DNA of 49,362 nucleotides from Raillietiella orientalis (lineage: Eukaryota). The notes under the pieces were generated by a model, which was given only the letters and a program-made list of their open reading frames with translations, made no database searches and was not told the DNA's origin. The stretch spans positions 3,658,001 to 3,707,362 of the forward strand of contig JAYWIR010000018.1 in assembly GCA_036172245.1 (NCBI GenBank), given 5' to 3'. The position numbers were made by a program, and so were the translations under genes. How positions within the stretch are numbered: position 1 is the first letter of the stretch; every line of letters starts with the position of its first letter. This document shows, in pieces, positions 12,345 through 21,708 of this stretch.

Positions 12345-13606
12345 CTATCTTGTTGAGGAGGATGCAGCTGGTTGCTGCGTGTTTTGAGGCAACGCAACGC
12401 TGCTTTCGTTGGATTTTTTCGACGGACCTGCAGACGCCTTCGTGAGTTTATTGACTGAAGCCTCCGAGACGGACAGAGCGCTCAAGGAGACGGTTACCAC
12501 GCAATTTTATTTGGCGTGTCCTCCTTTCGCCTTGTTGCACGGAGCGACTGGTTTTACTGATCCCATTTCGCGAGTAGCGTTTCCGTGATCAGCTACTGGT
12601 ACAGTAACGGTACGCGCGGAGCCCTCTCGCCCTTTTTTGAATGGCTACCCTGCCGCGCGATTGCCCTTTTGGGGCTTTGATGCTGAGGGAGCCAACATTG
12701 AGACTGCGCTCGGGCCTTTTTCATCTTCGGCCTTTCGCGAGTTTCCCTGTTTTTTTTTTTTTTTGAGGATGCGGTTTTCTCTTCTGCGCACTCTTTGGCA
12801 CGCCGGAGTCTAGCAGCCTCCTTTTTTTTCTTTATGTCCGGGCACTTTCTAATTTCGTGCCCGGACTCCTTACAGTAGCGGCACTTCGGGGAAGGGCATT
12901 TTTATCCCTGATGCCCTTCTTTGCCGCATTGCTCGCACGCGCGAGTTTTGCCAACGAACCACAGGGGAACGACCGTGCCGTTGATCTGTAGCGTGGCAGG
13001 CAGCGTGCGGCGGTTAGGAACGGTTACCCTAACCGCAGCAAATCCTGTGTGTACGGAAGGGAATTTCCTGTAGGAACTCTCCTTCCTCCACACCGCATGA
13101 ACGGTTGCGAATTTCGCCAACGCATCCATCAACTGTTTGTCATTGATCTCCGCCTCTACGTCCGAGAGAACAACGACAAAAGACTCGACCATCGCGGAAG
13201 GAAAAACTTTCTTTCCGCGGATGGACAAAGCAGTGCAGAGGAGCCTCTGCACAAGTGCAGCCTGCTTGCATCGGACCTTCACATAGCCCAATGCTGGAAT
13301 AGGCATGAGTGCTACGAGGTCCTCTTCTCGCATTCCCACACGGTAGAGTTCGTCCGCGAACTCCTCCTCAGCGTTATATACCCCACTTACGTTATAGCAG
13401 AGAGCAGGCTTGTAGCCCTGGGCTACATAGGCTTGCATCTCCGCCTGGTCGGGGAGGCATCCTTGTACGGCTGCAGAGGCAGCCACGTCCGCAAAGCTCC
13501 TGGCTGGTGGCGCGGGGCTCGCACACGTTGTCGCCATCACTCCAGCTGCGGAAAGTTCCTGAACCACAGGCTCGAGGTCTTCCACGTTGCGTTGTTCACT
13601 GCTCAT
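12345..13606 (-). pseudogene. B1 ORF1 (MSSEQRNVED...; CEQCGKEGH and CRYCKESGH knuckles), stop at 12902, truncated by A
   Basis: Clear homology to the ORF1 at 14138 (KVRCKQAALVQRLL, KFATVHAVW, TRACEQCGKEGH). Confidence 0.85.
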
Positions 13607-13689
13607 CCTTAGGGATGTGCAGTGGGATGCACAAACACAACCAAACAGCGGAACCACGGAGCGACACGAAATCACGTCCGACTCGTATG
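12345..13689 (-). mobile_element. LINE B1, 5' part (5' UTR + ORF1), interrupted by the A dimer
   Basis: 5' end cgagtcggacgtgatttc resembles the B2 5' end at 38106; ORF1 is homologous to C and B2 ORF1. Pairing it with the ORF2 at 1-3393 is inferred from strand, order and B-type similarity. Confidence 0.8.
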
Positions 13690-14022
13690 AAGGCAAACGT
13701 TAAAATCGCCTGCAGCCAGATGGGCATTCCGCACGCCTGCCTCGGTCAACCAGTCGCGACGGAGGGCAAGGAAAAATTCTTTCCTGGCCCTCCTCTTCGT
13801 CAGGTCCGCTCCGCTCGGGGCGTAAACGTTCGTGACGATCAGGTCAATCGAGACGGACCAACTGAGAGTCAGCTGGCCAACATGACCGTGATCGTCGAAC
13901 CGCACGCCCCGAGCCGCGGCCTCGACGGCTGGATGAAGCAGGTAGGCGACACCGCAACTTTTCGCTCTCCCACACCTGTACCATAGCCGCCCTTCGGAGA
14001 TCCGTTCGATCTCTTGCGCTCG
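13690..14022 (-). mobile_element. LINE D2-type ORF2 APE fragment (D2a) trapped between C1 and B1
   Basis: Encodes AQEIERIS..RCG..GQLTLSWS..TNVYAPSG..AHLAAGDFNV; homologous to 45135-45470. Confidence 0.88.
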
Positions 14023-14137
14023 TACAGTGCACACGTGTTTCCGCGTCTATCCGCGCCAACGATCGGGCAACTTTGTGCCTGCGTTTTCGCTCGCACTTGT
14101 GTGTTCCTGTGCAATCTGCCAAGTAGCATAGTGCAAC

Positions 14138-15382
14138 ATGGCCAGTACACAGGATAGTGTGGAGGAGCAAGCCACTGGATGCACTTCAGCTGCAGTTGAA
14201 GCGGCCGCATCCTCCGTAATGGTTTCCTCGCCCCCGGTGAGGAGTTACGCCGCCGTTACCTCCCAAAGACCAGGACCCTGCGATGCGGAGTTCCAGGCAT
14301 ATGTGTCATCAGGATACATGCCTGCACTCCGTTATAAGGTCAGAGGGCTCCTTAACGGGAAAATCGGTCGTGAGCTCAATGATGAGCTCGTCCGGATCGG
14401 CGTTGGCGAGAAGGAACTCCTTGCCATAATGCCTGCTGGCAGGATGGAATATACGAAGATTCGGTGCAAGAACGCAGCACTTGTGCAGCGCCTTCTCCGT
14501 ACGCCGTTGACCATCAATGGCAAGGAAGTCCTACCTACCGCGATGGACGACTCTTTTGTCGTTCAATTGTGCGACATCGAACTGAAAATCTCCGACCGCG
14601 ATGTTGTAAGCGTGCTGGCGAAGTTCGCCACCGTGCACGTTCTGTGGGGGAGGCCGAACCCTTTGAAGGATTTCTCCTCTGTCCACATAGGACAAGCCTC
14701 CAAGGGGATAACCGTCGCGAACAGGCGTGTTGTGCCTGAGCAGCTGCAGGTCAACGGCACGGTCGTTCACATGTGGTTCATAGGCCAGACTCGCGCGTGC
14801 GAGCAGTGCGGCAAGGAGGGACACCGAATAAAAGAGTGCCCCTCTCCAAAATGCCGCTATTGCAAAGATTCCATGCACGAAATCAAAAAGTGCCCGGTAC
14901 TTGCAAGAAAAAGAGCCGCAGTGGAAATTCGTCGGGTTCAAGAGACCACTGCACGAAAAACCGCAGCGGCAAATAAAAACCGTCGTCCGCAAAAACTCGG
15001 AAAAAACAACGAGCGATCCGCGGATGAAAAGAAAGCATCCCCGCCCGCAACGCCCCGAAAGAAGAAAGTCACGGCGGGGAAGCCAATTCAAAAGGGGCGC
15101 GAGGGTTTGACGCGTGCCGTGCCCTCCCTCGCTGCAGAACTCGCAGGCACCTCTCCGAGCCAGGAACCAGGAAATCTCCGTAACACCCTGGAGGGAAAGG
15201 TAGCAAGACAGGAAGATCGCAACAGTGCGAAGACTTCTTGCCCCGTTCCGTTGTCCCTTCCGAGTTCCGGACAGCCCCACTGCAGCGCAGGCCCCTCTGC
15301 AAAGGCTACGAAAGCCGTAAAAAGCAGCGTCGCGACGAGCAAAAGCACGCTGCATGCAGTCGCCCCATCGCCGACTCGGCAG
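14138..15382 (+). pseudogene. C1 ORF1, N-terminal part (two CCHC knuckles), interrupted by A3
   Basis: CEQCGKEGHRIKEC and CRYCKDSMHEIKKC. Removing A3 and one TSD joins ..SPTRQ to ERSDLPNVKKVTPLPP.. in frame, giving about 634 aa. Confidence 0.9.
15371..15382 (+). repeat. Left TSD of A3 (ccgactcggcag)
   Basis: Perfect 12-bp direct repeat with 21037-21048. Confidence 0.95.
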
Positions 15383-15524
15383 TTTTCCCCAAGTCCCACG
15401 AGGGGTGGGGTAAATTTATTTTTCTAAAATTTTTCTATAAAAACATTCACACTACAATCTCATCCATACCATTAGCACTTTTTTTTACCACTATGAAGTC
15501 CTTGGGTTCTCACAAGTTCTGCAC

Positions 15525-18500
15525 TCATGGTGGGTTTCCTGCTGTTTGGTCCCGGGCGTCGTCTTCAATCCTCTTCAGGATGAATCGGTTCGTCCAGGCT
15601 TGGAGTTTCCCAGAGTTTCTAATGCCGATTTATCTCTTCAGGAGCCCTTGTAGGATCTCCATCGGTGGTGCGGCTCTTCTGGCTTTCCTCATTTTCCACC
15701 ACCGCAAGTGTATGGCGGTGAAGAAGAGGGCGATGGTCGTCCTCACCATGGGATTGTAACAGGGAACATTACCATTCCCCTGAAACATCCCGGCGAAGAT
15801 CTCCATTACGGATCTGTTCGTAAGTCCGATGATCCTTTTCAGGATCAGCCAGTCATGCAGCAATGTGGGACACGTCAAGACGTGAAGTCTCGTGTCGATG
15901 TCTCCACATGCTGTGCAGTCTCGATCTTCCCTTCTTCCGGTGTAGTGCTGCAATCGGGACCCACTCTGGATTCCTCCATGATAAAACATCAGGAGGTCAT
16001 CCTGGGTGCCCGGCGGAAGGCCACTCCTCCACAGTGTCGTGCCAATCGCTAGCAGCTTGATCCGGTCACTCCCGTAGCGATCGGCGGCTTTCTGGAGGGC
16101 ACTGATATCACTGTCTTCTTCTTGAATTAGTCTTCGGAGGTTTCTTTTGGTTACCCTGGACCATGCAAAGTCGTTGTGGTTGAACCACACTTCGCGAGTC
16201 ATGTTGGTAAACCTTCCTAACATCATCTCTATATACCTAAGTATACGAGTGTGATGTAGGTACCCTCCTCGTTTCCACTCCTGGATTCGTTGAAGGGTAA
16301 CTCTGGACCGCTGGTGGATCCAGCTACTCGTGTCCGGCGGGACAGGAAGCATCCAAGGGATCACCAGGATAAACTCGTCCTGCCAGAGTTCCCTACTTCT
16401 CGGCACGATCTTGATTTTGTGCTTTCGCACCAGCCGTTGCTTCCTCGTCCAGGTTGGGTCGATTTTTTTCCATTCGCCTGCTCGGCCTAGCAGCGCAGTC
16501 ATCAGGCCTTTCGAGTTGTTCAACAACAACGCGTAGGCCCTGTGCGCCGCATACGGCCAGTCATCCCAGTGAGTGGCAATGTCCAGGATGTGTCGCGTAT
16601 CCATGATTTCTATGGAGTGTGCAAGCGACTTCATCCCGGAACCGCCTTCTTCCCTGGGACGACACAGGGGTTTTAGTCGGACTCTTGGGCGATAGTGGCC
16701 CCACAGTGTTTTTCTCTGCAGCTTGTCGAACTCCCTCGTGGTTTCCTTGTTCATCCTCGCGAAGGCCGCCCCGAAGAGCACTTTTGGAAGGAGTACTCCG
16801 TTCCATATGTTGGCCTTTCGCTTCATTCCAAGGTCCGTTCGGGTGTACTTGGCTGCTTCCTTGGCCGTTTTCCCTAGGATCTCGGTCCACAATAGCTTCG
16901 ACGCGGAGACGTCGCCAATGTAGACACCCAGGTACTTGGCCTTGTCCACCGTTCGGAATCCTCTCCCCGCTAGAGTGGAGAGATCGAGGATTCCAACGGG
17001 CAAGAGCTGGCTTTTCTGGGCGTTGATCTTTAGACCCAGGCCTTGATCCATCAGGTCTACCACATCCAGAAACGCTCGTTGATTTCTCTCTCCCTTGATA
17101 AAGAAGAGTAGATCATCAGCGTATGCCAGATGGGTAAGACGCTGGCCTTGCCATCGATTGTTATGCCTTGCAGTCGTCCGCTCTTCTCGATAAAAAACGA
17201 CAACGCCTCCATGTAGATGACGAACAGCATCGGACTTAGCGAATCGCCCTGCCGGACTCCCAGTTCCATTCGGATTGCTGCCGTCTCCTGGCCGTTGATT
17301 TTGATTCGGCATTACTGGTTCTGGAGTACCACCCTCACAAAGTTGCTGAAGTGTTCCGGAAGGCCAAGCTTCTCCAGAACCTTCAGCAGCATCCAATGGT
17401 CGATGGAGTCGAAAGCCTTCTCCATGTCAGTGAACACCAGCGCCAGGTTCTCGCCGACGTATCGGCTGATTCCGACGGTGGCCTGGGCACACTTGACACT
17501 GTCCGACATGTGACGTCCAGGGACTGTGCACGTTTGGACCGGAGAGATGAGCCTCGACATGACCTTGCCTAAGCGGTTGGACCAGATCTTCGCCAACCAC
17601 TTGGCATCCGATTTGAGGATCGAGATTGGCCTCCATTGAGCGACCTGCGTGAGGTCGCCTCCTTTTGGCAACAATTTCATCCGACTCTCGTAGAAGGACT
17701 GTGGAAGTCTTCCTTCTTCGCGGATTCAGAGGGTCAACTGGTGAAACAAACGCAGGTAGGCATGCAGGTACCGCTGATAGTGAGTGATGGGTTCGCTGTC
17801 AAGGCACGCTGCCACATCCTTGCGCAGTTGTCCAAACGCAGTCTTCACCTCGTCTTCGGAGAATTCCTTCTTTAGTCTGTTACGCTGGAGGTCGTCGGTC
17901 CTCTTCTCGAGATAGCTCAGAAAGGCTTGTTGACTAGAGCGACAGAGATGTTGTCGCCTGAAGGGATTCCTGTAATGCCTGTGAAAGACATCCACGATGT
18001 CCTCAGACGGCTGTCGCTTTTGACCGTCGTACTGGATGCAGAAGATATCTGTTGCCAGATTTCTCTTCTCCAGCACGCCGACTTTTCCTTTTATGTTCTT
18101 GAAGACGTACCGACTTTCGTACTTATCGAAGTACTTTGAAAGTGAGCGATCTTGGATGTTCTGCTCTTTGTTTGCCTCCTGCCTCAAGCTCGTGTCCCCG
18201 AACTGCATGTTTGCAAACAGGTGTATCCTGTGTTTCAGGCTGTCCTTTTCGGTTTGTTGTTGCCTTCAGAATCGCCTCCAGGACCTCCTGATGTCCGGGA
18301 TGGGTTTCGAACCAAACGACATGCTGATGAGCGCCGCCCTGGTGCCTTGCCTTTGTCGAGGATTCTCCGTTCTTAGGGAAAACCGCACCAGGGGGTGATC
18401 GGACACCGTAGTCATAGTGTCGCGAAACCCCTGGATGCGGTCCCCAAGTTCGGTGCTGTGCAGGACGTGATCGATTGGCTTGTGGCTTGCTGTTCGCCAG

Positions 18501-19036
18501 ACCAGTCCGAACTCCTCGGATAGCCGTCGATACGCCGTCCTTCCTCTGGCGTCTTCCGAATGAATGATCTCATCCAAGATGTTGAGATCGCCAGCAACTA
18601 TCACGACGTCCTTAGGGGCGACCTTTTGCCGGAGTGTTGCATGCAGCGCCTCCGCACAACGATGTTTTATCCTGTGCGGCCCGTACACGTTCACCAGGAT
18701 AAGGTGAACAGTCGCGGACCAGGCCAGTCGCACGCCGATGATTCGTCCGGGTTGGGGACAGAACACTTCCAGAATAGTGGGGGCTAAGTTGTTCTTTATT
18801 AGCACCGCCACACCCTTCGTGTTCCGTTCTCCTTCGTTGACGAACATCTGCCCGTTGAATCGCTGTTCTATTCGCTGGCTTATCTCGAGACCCATCCTGT
18901 GGGTCTCCTGCAGGCACACGATGTCTTGTTGTGCGATGGTCCGCACAATCCTTCTTCTTTTTCCCTGGTCGACCACACCGTTTACGTTCCAGGAGGCGAT
19001 GTTTATCCTCCTGGCGGTCGATAGGGAAGAGGCCAT
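15525..19036 (-). pseudogene. A3 ORF2 (APE-RT-CCHC), multiple small indels and stops
   Basis: ORFs 18266-19141, 17726-18208, 17312-17680, 17057-17269 and 15630-17396. Confidence 0.9.
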
Positions 19037-19049
19037 AAAAGGGGAAGAC

Positions 19050-20864
19050 CTATTTTTTGGCCTTCCTGAGCTTCTTCTGTCTGAGAGAGCGTGCTCTTCC
19101 AGACAATGAAGAAGCAGCGGGCTTCTCGCTGCCGGCGTCACTCTCCGTACCTGTGAGGTCGGTTACTTCCGCCTCCTCCGTCGAGTGTTCCGCCTGCGCG
19201 ATCAATTTTCGAGATAGCGCCTCTATCTCGACCTTGGCGCAGAAGTTCGCCTTCACGTCGAGAAGCTGTTTTTCTAACTTCTCGCGTTCAGCGACCTCCA
19301 CCACCTGGTTGATGTTCTCTTGTGCAGTGCAGATCTTCTGCAAGATTTTCTCTTGCTGAGGACCGCTCTGCACCTCCATGATCTCCTCCGCTAGTGTTGC
19401 CAACTCCTCCGTAGTCTGCAGAGCCTCCTGCGACACTTTAGTGGCTTCCTGTCTCTCTTCCTTCGCGCCTTCCTGCGCTACCTCCATCTTCTCGCCTTCC
19501 TGCTCTGCTGCTTCCAGGATTTGAGGAGTTCCTTGCTCCTTGACGAGCATCCTCCTCTTTCCCTTCTTTCCCACTTCTATGAAGCCGTCCGCCGACACCG
19601 GGACAGCTTCTTTCACTTTTTTCTGCCTTCCTGCCTTCTGAGGCTGTTCGGCCTCCTTGATGTTTCTCTCTCTTACGGGAGAGAGACCTCGAATCCTTCT
19701 GCAGTTTTCAAACTCCGGACAGCTCCATTTCGCATGTCCATGTTTATTGCAGAAGGAGCACACCTCCGGCTGCGGGCAGTTTCGGACTTGATGTCCTACT
19801 TTGCCGCAGCGGAAACAACGACACGTTGGGCAAGAGCCGGCCCTGTGACCGAACTGCTTGCACCCGGTGCAGAATACCGGTTGTTGCCGGTAACGCACAT
19901 TCACTCCCTGGGATTGTTCGTCAATAACGGCCAATCCAGGGATCACCGCTCCCTCCCTCAACTTCATCTTGGCGATCATGTCGCCAGAAAATATGTTTCC
20001 AGAGAACTTCTGGAAATCAAGGTCCAGAACTTCCCCAAACTGCTCCAAGTAATTCCACACCGCTAGTTGCGGTGTGAGGATGGAGATGCCGTTCAAAAAG
20101 ACGGTTGTGTATGGCATCTCGCCAATACCACAAACCATCCGTCCTTGTATATTGATCCCCTTCTGGATCAATCGCTCTCTAATGTTTTCACAGTCTGTAA
20201 AGACTGTGAACCCGTTGTTTGATGGAATGATCGCCTGAATGCGATCAAAGTCTATGTCCGTCTTGTCGAGGGACAAATAGACCTCCCTGATGTTATTAAA
20301 TTTTATTAGCCCCGTCTTGAAGATAATGGGCTTCACGTTGGGGCCTATTTCAACTATTGGTCGGTCCACTTTTAGTACTTTTCCGCTAAGCGGCTTACCG
20401 AATTTCCTAGGTGGGTGGACACTCGCCTGTCCAGCCGCCACCGACGCATAAGAAAAGGGCTGCGACGCCGCAGCCGAACAAGATGGCGTCGCTCCCTGCA
20501 CCGCGTGGTCGCCCGCGGGTCCCGCCTGGGACGCCACCGCCGCGGGCGCAAACCTCGACGTTGCCGCCGTTACCGCCGCGGGCGGCACCCTCGGCATCGC
20601 CGCCGCAGGCGCGACCTTCCCCGCCGCGGGCACGATCCTCGGCGTCGCCGCCGCGGGCACGACCTCCGCCGTCGTCGCCGCGGGCACGACCTCCGCCGTC
20701 GTCGCCGCGGGCACGACCCTTGGCATCGCCGCCGCCGGCGCAGCAAAGCCCGCCGCGGGCGCGATCCTCGGCATGCCTGCCACCGCCTCGCCGTTGCCGC
20801 ACGTTACCTCCATGGCTTCCATGGGGGACGACGGTCTCTCCACTCCTCTTCTAGGTGCCTGCAT
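19050..20864 (-). CDS. A3 ORF1 gag-like nucleic-acid-binding protein, intact (about 604 aa from the first ATG)
   Basis: Open frame with CTGCKQFGHRAGSC, CFRCGKVGHQVRNC and CSFCNKHGHAKWSC knuckles; the start codon choice is uncertain. Confidence 0.85.
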   Translation of the reverse strand: MQAPRRGVERPSSPMEAMEVTCGNGEAVAGMPRIAPAAGFAAPAAAMPRVVPAATTAEVVPAATTAEVVPAAATPRIVPAAGKVAPAAAMPRVPPAAVTAATSRFAPAAVASQAGPAGDHAVQGATPSCSAAASQPFSYASVAAGQASVHPPRKFGKPLSGKVLKVDRPIVEIGPNVKPIIFKTGLIKFNNIREVYLSLDKTDIDFDRIQAIIPSNNGFTVFTDCENIRERLIQKGINIQGRMVCGIGEMPYTTVFLNGISILTPQLAVWNYLEQFGEVLDLDFQKFSGNIFSGDMIAKMKLREGAVIPGLAVIDEQSQGVNVRYRQQPVFCTGCKQFGHRAGSCPTCRCFRCGKVGHQVRNCPQPEVCSFCNKHGHAKWSCPEFENCRRIRGLSPVRERNIKEAEQPQKAGRQKKVKEAVPVSADGFIEVGKKGKRRMLVKEQGTPQILEAAEQEGEKMEVAQEGAKEERQEATKVSQEALQTTEELATLAEEIMEVQSGPQQEKILQKICTAQENINQVVEVAEREKLEKQLLDVKANFCAKVEIEALSRKLIAQAEHSTEEAEVTDLTGTESDAGSEKPAASSLSGRARSLRQKKLRKAKK

Positions 20865-21036
20865 CCTAGCAGCTGGTCTTGCTGCACGGGACCACTGCAG
20901 GTCTTTTGCCGCGATCTCCTCGCCGCTTCTTTTTTTTTGTTTCTTCTGGAAAACTTCCTTTTTCCGGGCACACACGAGCACAATGAACTGATTAAGTTGT
21001 CAAGCGCACAATACTTCGAGCCGCGGAGCAAGTTCA

Positions 21037-21048
21037 CCGACTCGGCAG
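21037..21048 (+). repeat. Right TSD of A3 (ccgactcggcag)
   Basis: Direct repeat of 15371-15382. Confidence 0.95.
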
Positions 21049-21708
21049 GAGCGGAGCGATCTCCCGAATGTCAAGAAGGTGACTCCGTTGCCGCCTTTTA
21101 AAGGCGTAGCGAAAGCAACGCCCCCAGAGAACGCAGCGAAAATCCCAGAGGTTTCCGCAACTACTGTCGCGGAAGCTTCCGAAAATCGCGAAGGCGAATG
21201 GAAGGTTGTGGAGAGGAGGAAAGAAAAATCTCCAAAGAAAGCTCCGCAACCTCCATCCCTGAGCTCTTCCAAAGGAAAAAGCAGTCGCGCGAATACGAAA
21301 ACACGCGCGGCTTGTGACTCTTCCAAGGAAAAAGCCAACGCCTTCAACGCGTGCAAGTCTGCTTCTGTGACCGCCGAGAAGACCATTCCGGTGCAATCGG
21401 ACGGATGCAAGCGCACGTCGATCGTGCGAGCATCAGACTTCGCAAAGGAGTCCGATAACGCAGCGGAACGACGCGTAACTCGCGCGGGAGCGAGCGCCCG
21501 CAGGGCTGAAGCCCTGAGGCGTGACACACTCGCCGCGGAACGGCGAGTGCTCACCCCGGAACCCACAGGTTCTGCACCCGGGGAGGAGCACCCGATTACG
21601 TGCAGCACAGTTGAGGCCGGTGGCGACCGCGCCCTCCAGCCCGTCGTGCTGCTTACTGCCCGCTCGCCGGGTGAGGCGAGCACCACGGCCTCGCTTTCCC
21701 AGCCGTGA
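21049..21708 (+). pseudogene. C1 ORF1, C-terminal part
   Basis: In frame with 14138-15382; ends in TGA overlapping the ORF2 ATG; tail (CST..GGDR.LQP.VLL) matches B2 ORF1. Confidence 0.88.

Larger units (their letters stand above)
15383..21036 (-). mobile_element. LINE A copy 3 (A3), full length (about 5.65 kb) with a perfect TSD
   Basis: Both termini present, antisense to the host C1 ORF1. Confidence 0.95.

Noticed and set aside
12745..12765. T16 run as an antisense poly(A) tail
   Set aside because: It falls in a Lys-rich part of B1 ORF1 with no element end or TSD nearby, so it is probably a slippage expansion.
14138..15427. 429-aa ORFs (also 45586-46875) as complete proteins ending GGVNLFF
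   Set aside because: The last 14 residues come from the antisense A 3' end; the true ORF1 continues at 21049.
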